Of a stretch of DNA of 64,000 nucleotides, positions 26,943 to 35,752 are shown piece by piece. This stretch comes from an uncultured Anaeromyxobacteraceae bacterium (GTDB taxonomy: Bacteria; Myxococcota_A; UBA9042; DTJE01): the NCBI GenBank assembly GCA_964522105.1, contig CAZFVA010000001.1:80343-144342 (forward strand). Reading direction: 5' to 3'. The translations under genes and the position numbers were made by a program. The notes under the pieces are model-generated. The model ran no database searches, was not told the origin of the DNA, and saw nothing but the letters and a program-made list of their open reading frames with translations. Every line of letters begins with the position of its first letter. Position 1 is the first letter of the stretch.

Positions 26943-28322
26943 ATGAAAGACCTGCTGAATTTGCGACCGGTCGTGTTGATGGTGTTATTGGTATCAGTTT
27001 CCATGGTTTCAGGCTGTGCTTCGTCAGTGACTCCGACAGACACAGGCCGGGATATCATTGCCGACACTGCCGTTGCCGACACTGCCGTTGCAGATACCGC
27101 CGTTGCCGACACTGCCGTTGCAGATACTGCCATTGCCGATACTGCCATTACCGATACAACCCATGAATTTCAATGGGCTTCCGGCTGTGAAGGAACCGGC
27201 ACCGGCGCGACGTGGACATTAATCGAAGACCACACGTTCCTGCGCGGCCCCATGATACAGATGTCTGACTGGAACACGGCTACCATCCTGTGGCGAACCG
27301 CCGTCAAGTCCGACGAAGAAGGCTGCGTGGATTACGAAGTCGGCGCAGAAACCTTTACGAAGTGCGGGACTTCAGACAAACGTGGTCAGTATGAAATAAC
27401 GCTGGATGACCTGCCGGCCGCGACGGAAATCACCTATTCGGCCAGAGTTGGCGACATCAAGACGACCGATCTGACCTTTCGGACAATGCCTGACCGCCCG
27501 GCCCCGATGAAATTCGCTGTGTTTGCGGATGCGCACTGCAACATTGAAAATCTGAAGAAAATGACCGCGGTGGCACTGGCCGAAGGAGTCGATTTTGCGT
27601 TCGGCATTGGCGATTTCATCAATACCCCGGAAGACGTCCAGTTCGACCAGGTGTTTGAAGGACTCCAGGACCTTGGAAGCCGCGTAAATATCTGGGCCGT
27701 GCTTGGTAATCATGACACCGGCGGCATGTATTTCTACAACGCTTTTGCACTGCCGAAGGGCAACACGATCGAACCCGACTACAGCAATGGCTATGGCGAG
27801 GCCTGGTGGGACAAGCGGATCGGCAACGTCTGGCTTGGCGGCGGGTGGGTCATTCCATTCCTTTTCGGGGAGCCTGAAGGGGTTGAAAGCGAACAGAGCT
27901 GGTTCAGGCAACGCTTCCAGGAAGATCACTTCAAAACGGCTCAGTGGAAACTGTTTTTCATACACGAACCGCCTTACTGTCAGGGCTGGGGCGGATGCAA
28001 CTATGACGGCGAAGAGTGCCTGCGCGAATCCCTGATGCCGATGGCAGCCGAAAACGGTATCCAGGCCACCTTCCACGGGCACATGCACGGCATAGAGTAC
28101 GGCGAAACGAACGGCGTCAAGGTGTTCATCCCGGGTGGAGTCGGCGGAGATCTGGACTACTTCTGCGAAAACAGCTCACCACCGCAGCCATGGGCATACA
28201 ACTACGTCCACAACGTCGCAATCGTCGAAACGAACTGCGACAAGATGGTCGTCCGCTTTCTGGGCCTCGATGGCGTTGAACTTGACCGCGTCGAAGTCCC
28301 ATGGGTCGAACCGACGCAATAA
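26943..28322 (+). CDS. Secreted metallophosphoesterase (calcineurin-like) lipoprotein, paralog 2 with tandem-repeat tether
   Basis: It has the same motif set as paralog 1: FAVFADAHCN, GIGDFINT, VLGNHDTG, FHGHMHGIEYG. After the tether the two proteins are largely collinear and appear roughly two-thirds identical by eye. The signal is MKDLLNLRPVVLMVLLVSVSMVSGC. The tether is a perfect (ADTAV)n repeat. The track ORF starts at 26868 and the likelier start is the ATG at 26943. Confidence 0.8.
   Translation: MKDLLNLRPVVLMVLLVSVSMVSGCASSVTPTDTGRDIIADTAVADTAVADTAVADTAVADTAIADTAITDTTHEFQWASGCEGTGTGATWTLIEDHTFLRGPMIQMSDWNTATILWRTAVKSDEEGCVDYEVGAETFTKCGTSDKRGQYEITLDDLPAATEITYSARVGDIKTTDLTFRTMPDRPAPMKFAVFADAHCNIENLKKMTAVALAEGVDFAFGIGDFINTPEDVQFDQVFEGLQDLGSRVNIWAVLGNHDTGGMYFYNAFALPKGNTIEPDYSNGYGEAWWDKRIGNVWLGGGWVIPFLFGEPEGVESEQSWFRQRFQEDHFKTAQWKLFFIHEPPYCQGWGGCNYDGEECLRESLMPMAAENGIQATFHGHMHGIEYGETNGVKVFIPGGVGGDLDYFCENSSPPQPWAYNYVHNVAIVETNCDKMVVRFLGLDGVELDRVEVPWVEPTQ
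27058..27156 (+). repeat. In-frame tandem repeat, 15-bp unit (gccgacactgccgtt and variants), about 6.5 copies, encoding (ADTAV/ADTAI)n
   Basis: Seen directly in the sequence: ccgacactgccgttg x2, cagataccgccgttg, ccgacactgccgttg, cagatactgccattg, ccgatactgccatta. It sits in the lipoprotein tether of paralog 2. The opposite strand yields the artefactual ORF MAVSATAVSAT.... Confidence 0.9.
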
Positions 28323-28400
28323 TCGCCATCCAGAATCACAACCATGTGTCCACGTTCACCGCACAGACAGGGCGCATGCCGCCTGATGCTGTGCTACACT

Positions 28401-29270
28401 ATGCGCGGCATTTGCCGAGGTAACTTCTTGAACAGCACATTTACCCAGGCGCTCAAAATCGCGATGTTCGATCTTGGCACCGCAATAAGAACCAAAAAGG
28501 CTTTCGTAGCAATCATTCTTTACGCCGGACTGGCCCTGCTGGTTGCCGCAGTAGTCGTATTTCTGCAGGACAAACTGCTTGCCGACCCGACGGCTTCAAA
28601 CGCCCTGGCGCAACTGAACGGCCTGAAAGACAACCTGCAGGATCCGATGGTCGCCAAACTTGGTATGAACGCGGAACAGGCCAAATATCTGCTGGGAATC
28701 CCGGTTGTTGTCATGGTCTTTTTCTGGATGACTCAGTCATTTCTACCACTTCTGATTACCGTCATCAGTTCTGACATCTTAAACAGCGAAATCAAAACAG
28801 GTTCGGCCAGATTCACGCTGCTGCGAAGCTCCAGGACTTCACTGGTTCTTGGCAAGGTGATTTCCCACGGACTGCTGTTTTTGACCGCAACAATCCTGTC
28901 GTACATAACGTTTCTGGTATATGTAACGGTCAAAATGCCCACCTTCGACCTGCTGGCTTCGGCGCCGATATTGCTGAAGTTCCTTGGCAGTACAATCGTT
29001 TTCGGCTTCTGTTATCTGGGGCTTGTTGCCGCCGTGTCGGCCACAATCGATTCAACGGCGCTGGCGACGCTGGCCACAATCATCATCCTGATGGTCTTAA
29101 GCGGAGTGGCACAGTCAGATTACTTCGCCGTGCTGTCCCCGGCCCACTACAGGTATGACCTGTGGTCACCGAACGCGCTTGAGGTATTAAAAGGTCTCGC
29201 AGCCTACCTCGGCTTTGGAACGGCATTCTTCGCCTTCGCCTGGTTTCGCTTCGCCGGGAGGGACTTATGA
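28401..29270 (+). CDS. ABC-2 family transporter permease
   Basis: Six predicted hydrophobic helices with ABC-2-like topology. The stop overlaps the ATG of the downstream ABC ATPase (ATGA). The exact start is uncertain (track ORF 28344, alternatives 28386 and 28401). Confidence 0.6.
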   Translation: MRGICRGNFLNSTFTQALKIAMFDLGTAIRTKKAFVAIILYAGLALLVAAVVVFLQDKLLADPTASNALAQLNGLKDNLQDPMVAKLGMNAEQAKYLLGIPVVVMVFFWMTQSFLPLLITVISSDILNSEIKTGSARFTLLRSSRTSLVLGKVISHGLLFLTATILSYITFLVYVTVKMPTFDLLASAPILLKFLGSTIVFGFCYLGLVAAVSATIDSTALATLATIIILMVLSGVAQSDYFAVLSPAHYRYDLWSPNALEVLKGLAAYLGFGTAFFAFAWFRFAGRDL

Positions 29271-30196
29271 GCAGCCAATACGCAATTGAAACGACCGGCC
29301 TGACCAAGATTTTCGGTACCCTGACGGCGGTAGACAAGCTTTCACTGAAGGTGCCGACAGGATCAATATTTGGACTGCTGGGCCCGAATGGCGCAGGTAA
29401 AACAACAACATTTTCAATGATCTGCGGCTTTGTAAAGCCTTCCGCCGGTGAAGCATCTGTGCTTGGCTTCCCGCTGAAGCAGTTCCCGCATGCATCAGGA
29501 AAGCTGGCCGCGCTGCCACAAGACGCCCGTTTCCACCCCGAGCGCACAGTCATAGACTGCATGGTTTATCTTGGAACGCTGGCCGGCCTGACCGACATGG
29601 AAGCCCGCGCTCAGGCAAAGCAACTGCTTATAGATGTTGATCTTTTAGACGCCATGAACATGAAGGGCGGTCACCTTTCCCACGGTATGGCCAAAAGGTT
29701 CGGCATCGCGCAGGCGTTCCTGGGCCACCCGAAACTGGTGCTTCTTGACGAGCCGACGGCAGGCCTTGACCCCAAAAATGCACACACCGTACGTCAGATG
29801 ATCAGAGTACTTTCCGGTTCTGCGACCGTAGTCGTTTCCAGCCACAATCTGGCTGAAGTCCAGGACCTGTGCACTTATGCCGGGATTATCAACGCCGGCA
29901 AACTGGTATCGTCAGGGTCGATGGACGAACTGACCGCCAGAAACCAGCAGGTCGTCGTCACAGTGACGAAGGCGGACGCAGCCCTGATCAGCAAAATCGA
30001 AGCTATGAACCGGGTCATCGGAGTCGTGGTCGCCGGTTCAGGAAACGACCTGAAGATCATGTTCAAGGCGAACGCCGACGAATCAATTGATCAGGCAGTT
30101 TCACAGATAATCGCGGGCATCATAGCGGCAGGCGGGGCAGTCGGCGGCGTCAGACGCGGCCAGGATCTTGAAGAACGCTACCTTGAAGTGACCTGA
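29267..30196 (+). CDS. ABC transporter ATP-binding protein (ABC-2 / exporter type)
   Basis: Walker A GLLGPNGAGKTTTFSMI, signature LSHGMAKRFGIAQAF, Walker B LVLLDEPTAGLD. It is translationally coupled to the upstream permease. Confidence 0.85.
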   Translation: MSSQYAIETTGLTKIFGTLTAVDKLSLKVPTGSIFGLLGPNGAGKTTTFSMICGFVKPSAGEASVLGFPLKQFPHASGKLAALPQDARFHPERTVIDCMVYLGTLAGLTDMEARAQAKQLLIDVDLLDAMNMKGGHLSHGMAKRFGIAQAFLGHPKLVLLDEPTAGLDPKNAHTVRQMIRVLSGSATVVVSSHNLAEVQDLCTYAGIINAGKLVSSGSMDELTARNQQVVVTVTKADAALISKIEAMNRVIGVVVAGSGNDLKIMFKANADESIDQAVSQIIAGIIAAGGAVGGVRRGQDLEERYLEVT

Positions 30197-30356
30197 CAAT
30201 ATCAAGGGCACGCCCCGGGGCGCTGGAACAATCACATCGCTTCCCACAAACACAAAACCGCCATAAACACATCTACCCGATACGCAAATGCAGTGTTATC
30301 ATTTCGAAGTTCTTCCGTGTCGCCCCCAGCACCCTGACAGAATCCCGGAGGCTACG

Positions 30357-32705
30357 ATGCGTTCATCATTGCGAACTCTGTCGGTCTGTAAAGTAATTAT
30401 TCTGGCAGTAACTGCCGGTTTCGCCATCGGCGGCTGCAGTAACTGGCAGCAGGCCGAAGATACCGGATTCGACGCTGAAGATTCCGCTGACACAATGAAT
30501 GAACTGGTAATTCCTTCGGATGATGGCCGCGATTCTACCGGCGAAGAAATCGATTCGACTGACCTGTTTGACGACACCATACAATTGGACACCGATGACA
30601 GCGCGGACGCCGACGACGATGTTGAAGCACGCGACACGTTGGACACCACCAGCAATCCTGACATTCCAGATACTTACGACACTGCCGACGTCGATTCCGA
30701 CCACGGTCTTCCTGACTGTCCGGGCGCCCCGGGCTGCGAGTGCACCACCGGGGATGACTGTGAAAATGGCCTGTGCGTGCCGACAAACGACAAATCATTC
30801 TGCGGTCAATTGTGCTGGCTCGATTCAGGGTGTCCCGAGGGCTGGATCTGCGAAGAGATCAACCTCGGCGACAAGACGCTGCGGGCCTGTATCTACAAGT
30901 TCCCGACGCTTTGCCAGCCGTGCCGTGAGGATTCGGAATGCCTGCCGCAATATGGGGCCAGGGACCGCCGTTTTGTCTGCGTCGATACAGGCGCAAACGG
31001 CAAATTCTGCGGGACGGGATGCGCTGCGGAACCGGATTGCCCCGAAGGATACAAGTGCGCGGATGCCCCGACGAACGCCGGCCATTTTCTGCAATGCCAG
31101 CCCGATAACGGCGAATGTGCATGTACTGAAAAATTCATCGAAGGCGGTTACGAAACAGACTGCTTCCGCACAAACGACATCGGGACATGCCCCGGAACCA
31201 GAACGTGCGACATGGAATGCTCGGCAAAATCTGCCGAAGCCGAGATATGCAACCTGCAGGACGACGACTGCGACGGCGCGACCGATGGCGAGAACACTTC
31301 AGATTGCCAGACATTCTTCTATGATTTTGACAACGACGAATACGGAACCGACGACTCGAAGTGCCTGTGCGAAACGACGGGCGAATATCGGGCAACTGTT
31401 GAAGGCGACTGCAATGACAACGACCCGGAAGTGAAGCCGGGAAACTTTGAAATCTGCAACGACGGCAAAGACGACAACTGCGACGGACTGACTGACGTGG
31501 AAAACTCGCAGGAATGTAAGAATTATTTCCTGGACGTTGACGGCGACGGATACGGCCTTTCGGAATACAAGTGCCTTTGCGCTGCATCAGGAAACTACAG
31601 AGCCACCCGCGCTTGTTTCGACAGTGGCTCGTGTGACTGCCTGGATACCGACCTGGAAGTTAACCCCGGACGCATTGAAATCTGTAACAGCGGCAAAGAC
31701 GACAACTGCGATGCTCTGGCAGACGGTGAAAACTCACAAGGTTGCACAAAGTTCTACCGCGACGCAGATAACGACGGATATGGGACCGGCGAGTACAAGT
31801 GTCTGTGCGCGGCAGTCGGCCAGTACAAGATTACGTCTGCCTGCGTCGTTGGCGTCTCGTGCGACTGCAACGACTTCGACCCCGACATGAACCCGGGATT
31901 GCAGGAAGTCTGTGGCAACGGCAAGGACGACAACTGTGACGGGTCCCAGGACACCGAAAACGCGACTTACTGCATCGACTATTTCCTGGATGCTGACGAC
32001 GACGGATTCGGCGTAACAGGAATGAAAAGATGCCTGTGCTACGAGGAAGGATTGTATCGAGTCCTGGGCGGAGGCGACTGCAACGATAACAACGCGGCCA
32101 TGAATCCCAATAACCCTGAAATCTGCAACAATTCTATCGATGACGATTGCGACGGGTATGCCGACAACACGTCGGGACAACCGAACCAGAAGTGCAACGT
32201 GTGCGGCGACGGCCTGATAGACAACGGGGAGGTCTGCGACCACGGAAACTCGAATCCCGGACTGGCGTGCGCTTCTGACTGCAAATCTATCCCGTGCTCC
32301 AACGAAGCTGATGCGTCCATAACTCAGATAAACGGCAGGAACTGCTACTGGCGATCGACGTTGGTCGTGGGGCGATCGGATGCAGCCTCAAGATGCGAAT
32401 CCCGACTTGGATACCTTGTCCGAATGGAAACATCAAACGAGCGGGACTGGGTCTTTGGAAACATGATCTTTCCACCGGGAAGCGGAAGCAAAGTGTGGGT
32501 CGGCGCTCAGAAGTGCGGCGGCAACTGGTGCTGGGATAACGGCCAGATCGTTGGTTCTGAATGGGATTGGAGCCCCGGAGAGCCCAGCGGAAACGGGGAC
32601 TGCGCACAATCATCTGGCAACGGCGCACGCTACGACGACGTCGGCTGCAACAGCGCCAACCGCGACTACGTGTGCGAAAGACCGACCGTCGGAACCTCGC
32701 GCTGA
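30357..32705 (+). CDS. Giant Cys-rich secreted lipoprotein with ~5 MopE-like putative metal-binding repeats and a C-terminal C-type-lectin-like domain
   Basis: Lipoprotein signal MRSSLRTLSVCKVIILAVTAGFAIGGC, then an acidic D/T/S tether. About five ~65-aa repeats follow, of the form C(N/D)D(N/F)DP..PG..E(I/V)CN(D/S)GKDDNCDG..D.EN...C..Y(F/Y).D.D(G/N)DGYG....KCLC. This matches the CNGxDDDCDG 'putative metal-binding motif' abundant in Myxococcota. The C-terminus has ..CYWRSTLVVGRSDAASRCESRLGYLVRMETSNERDWV..W.. ARYDDVGCNSANRDYVCE, the pattern of a C-type lectin fold. Confidence 0.8.
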   Translation: MRSSLRTLSVCKVIILAVTAGFAIGGCSNWQQAEDTGFDAEDSADTMNELVIPSDDGRDSTGEEIDSTDLFDDTIQLDTDDSADADDDVEARDTLDTTSNPDIPDTYDTADVDSDHGLPDCPGAPGCECTTGDDCENGLCVPTNDKSFCGQLCWLDSGCPEGWICEEINLGDKTLRACIYKFPTLCQPCREDSECLPQYGARDRRFVCVDTGANGKFCGTGCAAEPDCPEGYKCADAPTNAGHFLQCQPDNGECACTEKFIEGGYETDCFRTNDIGTCPGTRTCDMECSAKSAEAEICNLQDDDCDGATDGENTSDCQTFFYDFDNDEYGTDDSKCLCETTGEYRATVEGDCNDNDPEVKPGNFEICNDGKDDNCDGLTDVENSQECKNYFLDVDGDGYGLSEYKCLCAASGNYRATRACFDSGSCDCLDTDLEVNPGRIEICNSGKDDNCDALADGENSQGCTKFYRDADNDGYGTGEYKCLCAAVGQYKITSACVVGVSCDCNDFDPDMNPGLQEVCGNGKDDNCDGSQDTENATYCIDYFLDADDDGFGVTGMKRCLCYEEGLYRVLGGGDCNDNNAAMNPNNPEICNNSIDDDCDGYADNTSGQPNQKCNVCGDGLIDNGEVCDHGNSNPGLACASDCKSIPCSNEADASITQINGRNCYWRSTLVVGRSDAASRCESRLGYLVRMETSNERDWVFGNMIFPPGSGSKVWVGAQKCGGNWCWDNGQIVGSEWDWSPGEPSGNGDCAQSSGNGARYDDVGCNSANRDYVCERPTVGTSR

Positions 32706-32769
32706 CCAGTCACAAAATCATAATCATCATATGAAGGAAACAGGAAGCATTACCAGCCATGGCGGCTCT

Positions 32770-34560
32770 TCAAACAAACCGACGTCTAGTGACCAGAATG
32801 GCGAAAAGAATCGTACAGAGGATGACTTCGGCCACAGGCAGCGAGCGGCCCGTAGAATTCGCCTGACAGCCGCTTGACGACTTGCCGGCACATTCTGCCG
32901 ATGCGGAACATTTGTCGTTCGATGTTTTCGCATTACCGTCATCGCACAATTGACCTTCTTCCAACATGCCATCTTCCGGACATGTCAATCCTGTTCCATT
33001 GCAGTATTCCGGTTTGTCGCATGGAAAAGCAGGCTCCCGGCATACATGGCTGCTGGGAAAAATGTTGTCGTTCGGGCAATTTATCGATGTTCCGGTGCAG
33101 TATTCCGGGGCGTCACACAAATCGGTCGCAGGACGGCACTCAGCGGTTTTTGATCTTATAAGATCGATCGGGCATCCCGTATCTGAGCCTGTACAAAATT
33201 CCGCAACATCACAGACCCCGACGGCGGAACGACATTCAAAGGTGGAACTGCGCACTGCATCTGACGGACATACCGGTGATGAGCCCGAACAATATTCGGC
33301 CTCATCGCAGGCCCCGACAGACTTTCGACATTCATACGAAGTCGCTTGAAACGCGTCGGGCGGACAACTGTCACTTGAGCCTGAGCAGAATTCAACAATG
33401 TCACACTTCCCGCCCGAACCGCGACACGGTTCAACGTCAGTCAGATAATAGTATCCGTCACAACAATCACCAGACACGCAGTCGGCATCAGCCTGAATAG
33501 CCTGCAGCCAGTCATACACATTGCCGGACAATCTGGTTACGCGAGACGCGGGGTAACACCCACCGCCATATCCTGAAACTACACCAACAACGTAGTTCAC
33601 CTTATCCTGATTCACCCAGACACCCGACCCGCTTTGACCGGAACAGACGTCGATCGTGCTGCAGATGAGATTCGCAGTGATACTCGCGGAACTACCCGAA
33701 GTAGTTATCATTTTGTTGGCATCCCAGTCGAATGGATATCCGGCAGTTGTGTGATCGAGCGATGTCAGTTCAGTTGAATCGAGTGCCGAATAACCAACCG
33801 TACCGGTCGTCTTTCCTATCGGTACGGCCAGAGCCAGAAGACCAATGTCATAATCCCAGTTATGGTTGACAGTCCAACCCTCCGGGGAAAAATACCACCT
33901 GGCATAAGTCTCGCCATAAGGCTTCAACATGTAATTTAATCCGGGAGTAACGACGATTAAATCAGGCCAGCGCTCCAAATCGGCGTCGAAAACGCAATGG
34001 CCGGCCGTAAGAACAAGACTTTCTGCAATAAGAATTCCAGTGCAGACATACCAGTCAGAACCGTACCGCATCGAAAGGCTGACAACAGCCGAAAAAGGAA
34101 ACACCTGCGTATCTTTGACCCTGACCCGCTCATCATCACTACCGACTATGTTGCAGGTACCGTCGCTTCTTTTTTGAAGGACCCTGTCAACATTGAGATC
34201 TTCTACGGTCGGCACTGTTGATTGCCGAAGATCAAACTTCTTCGATGCCGGTGCCCACGGATTCCTGGAAAAACCAGGATCATCAGGACGTAAAGCCGGT
34301 TTCCCAGATGGAAACGGCATTGGTTTGATATCCCACGGCGGTTTTTCCATCCAGTCGGGCAATTCATAAACCACGGTCGCCGCTTCGGGATCAGGCAGTT
34401 TTCCTTCAACTAACCTGCGTTCCGTACTTGCTTCCGGCAAAGCGGATGAACCTTGTGACAACACCGAATGCTGCATGGCCATCGAGCCGTCTTCAAAACA
34501 CACAATCATCAGGATGGACGCCGTGACAGTCGCCGCTGTCAGGCGGCAAAGCTTCTTCAT
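32770..34560 (-). CDS. Secreted trypsin-like (S1) serine protease with five tandem ADAM-disintegrin-like Cys-rich repeats and a MYXO-CTERM-like tail
   Basis: Signal MKKLCRLTAATVTASILMIVC. S1 catalytic contexts are LTAGHCV (His), DYDIGLLAL (Asp) and DVCSGQSGSGVWV (Ser). Five 32-aa repeats such as CRPATDLCDAPEYCTGTSINCPNDNIFPSSHV and CREPAFPCDKPEYCNGTGLTCPEDGMLEEGQL follow. They match the ADAM disintegrin C-terminal consensus CRx5CDxPEYC(N/T)GxSxxCPxD. Next is a CDDGN..C Myxo-type Cys repeat. The C-terminus SGCQANSTGRSLPVAEVILCTILFAILVTRRRFV is a Cys motif, then a TM helix, then RRR. Confidence 0.8.
   Translation of the reverse strand: MKKLCRLTAATVTASILMIVCFEDGSMAMQHSVLSQGSSALPEASTERRLVEGKLPDPEAATVVYELPDWMEKPPWDIKPMPFPSGKPALRPDDPGFSRNPWAPASKKFDLRQSTVPTVEDLNVDRVLQKRSDGTCNIVGSDDERVRVKDTQVFPFSAVVSLSMRYGSDWYVCTGILIAESLVLTAGHCVFDADLERWPDLIVVTPGLNYMLKPYGETYARWYFSPEGWTVNHNWDYDIGLLALAVPIGKTTGTVGYSALDSTELTSLDHTTAGYPFDWDANKMITTSGSSASITANLICSTIDVCSGQSGSGVWVNQDKVNYVVGVVSGYGGGCYPASRVTRLSGNVYDWLQAIQADADCVSGDCCDGYYYLTDVEPCRGSGGKCDIVEFCSGSSDSCPPDAFQATSYECRKSVGACDEAEYCSGSSPVCPSDAVRSSTFECRSAVGVCDVAEFCTGSDTGCPIDLIRSKTAECRPATDLCDAPEYCTGTSINCPNDNIFPSSHVCREPAFPCDKPEYCNGTGLTCPEDGMLEEGQLCDDGNAKTSNDKCSASAECAGKSSSGCQANSTGRSLPVAEVILCTILFAILVTRRRFV
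32947..33426 (-). repeat. Five tandem ~96-bp coding repeats (disintegrin-like modules)
   Basis: The protein-level 32-aa periodicity maps to this interval. Repetitive opposite-strand ORFs (..PVQYSG.. patterns at 32966..33349) reflect the nucleotide-level repetition. Confidence 0.7.
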
Positions 34561-34635
34561 GTCAAAATCCTTTTTCAGAGTGCCCTGGCAAAGGACAATC
34601 ATCTGGTAGTGTAAGTGCCGGTAACCTGGCACCAA

Positions 34636-35565
34636 TTACACAATCCCGGTAAACAACGTCCTGTCAACGACTACGCCGCCCTTGATTCCAACGACACGCG
34701 ATGCAACCTGACAAGCGCGCGACAGCGCGGCAGTGGCGTCAAATGACCCGGCGGCGGCAGACCTGACGACCGAATCCAGATATGCGGCGGCAAAGGCGTC
34801 ACCGGCACCTGTCGGGTCAACTACGCCACCGGCGGGCAGCAAAGGCGCATCGGCCCGCACAATCTGACCACCGATCGACCCGCAGGCACCCCGGGCGCCA
34901 TCTGTGACAATCACGTCAACAGCCACCCTGCCCGGCAGATACGAAAGCGCCGCGTCAACGCTGCCACAAAGGTATTCAGCCTCGTCGCGGTTCATGAAGA
35001 GCACGTCCAGCAGACACCGCGTTTCGTCCTTCAGACGGTCCAGACCTGGCGGATCCCATCCGGCACACGTACTGATCCGGCTGCCACCGGCGCGCGCCGC
35101 CACAATCTGTCGTTCCAGTAAAAAGTACTCATGAATTCCGCCCACATGAATCCAGCCGATGTGCGGAAAATCGGGACACGCTTTAAACGGCTGCCAGTCA
35201 CATGAACTGACAAAAGCCCGATCTACTTCGTTTGACCACACAAGCGTCACAAAAGGCTGCCCGCCCGCGCCCCACGGCATCCCGACCAGGCCGGTCATGG
35301 CGTTACAGGCCGTCACCGCCTGATCCACAATCCATGACGTTGCCGGATACATGAACCCGGTCCGGCTGCCAAGTGCCGCAGCCACAGTCGCAGAATTCAA
35401 GGCCCCGCCAAGACCAAGGCCAATCGATTCAACAAACAGCTCGGCCCCCGGGACCGGCGTCACGCCGACCGGCACGAAAGCCTCGAAAAATGCCGGTCCG
35501 ACAACCAGAATATCCAGATCAGCACCAGTTCCGACGCAATCCATAAACACACCAACCAGATTCAC
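34636..35565 (-). CDS. PfkB-family carbohydrate/nucleoside kinase (ribokinase-like)
   Basis: The C-terminal ATP-binding signature DPTGAGDAFAAAYL is the PfkB 'GAGD' motif. Size is 309 aa and the N-terminus has a Gly-rich ILVVGP context. Confidence 0.75.
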   Translation of the reverse strand: MNLVGVFMDCVGTGADLDILVVGPAFFEAFVPVGVTPVPGAELFVESIGLGLGGALNSATVAAALGSRTGFMYPATSWIVDQAVTACNAMTGLVGMPWGAGGQPFVTLVWSNEVDRAFVSSCDWQPFKACPDFPHIGWIHVGGIHEYFLLERQIVAARAGGSRISTCAGWDPPGLDRLKDETRCLLDVLFMNRDEAEYLCGSVDAALSYLPGRVAVDVIVTDGARGACGSIGGQIVRADAPLLPAGGVVDPTGAGDAFAAAYLDSVVRSAAAGSFDATAALSRACQVASRVVGIKGGVVVDRTLFTGIV

Positions 35566-35752
35566 GCCTATGTTGATTCACAATTCAAAGACAGGCAAGA
35601 CGCATGAATCGAAAGCGCAACGAACACACTGACACGAAAAATTTGCACAAATGACACTTTTTGATTGTCACTTTGCATTTTCAGGCCTACTATCCATCCT
35701 GATGGCCGCATCAATTTGTCTTGATGCAAATTCTTTACTGACGGAGCCACAA

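Noticed and set aside
26252-27148. 298-aa minus-strand ORF beginning MAVSAMAVSATAVSATAVSAT...
   Set aside because: It is an artefact of reading the 15-bp tandem repeat and the paralog junction on the opposite strand. It is entirely contained within the metallophosphoesterase genes.
30520-31587. Several 80-300-aa Arg/Thr-rich ORFs in other frames and on the opposite strand inside the MopE/lectin gene
   Set aside because: They have low-complexity basic composition and are embedded in a gene with strong repeat/Cys signal. These are frame-shadow ORFs.
35566-35752. Sigma-54 (-24/-12) promoter or NtrC site upstream of glnA
   Set aside because: An imperfect palindrome TGCACAAATGACA / TGTCACTTTGCA is present, but the spacing and the lack of a GG-N10-GC match do not fit the TGGCAC-N5-TTGCA consensus. 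Not callable by eye.
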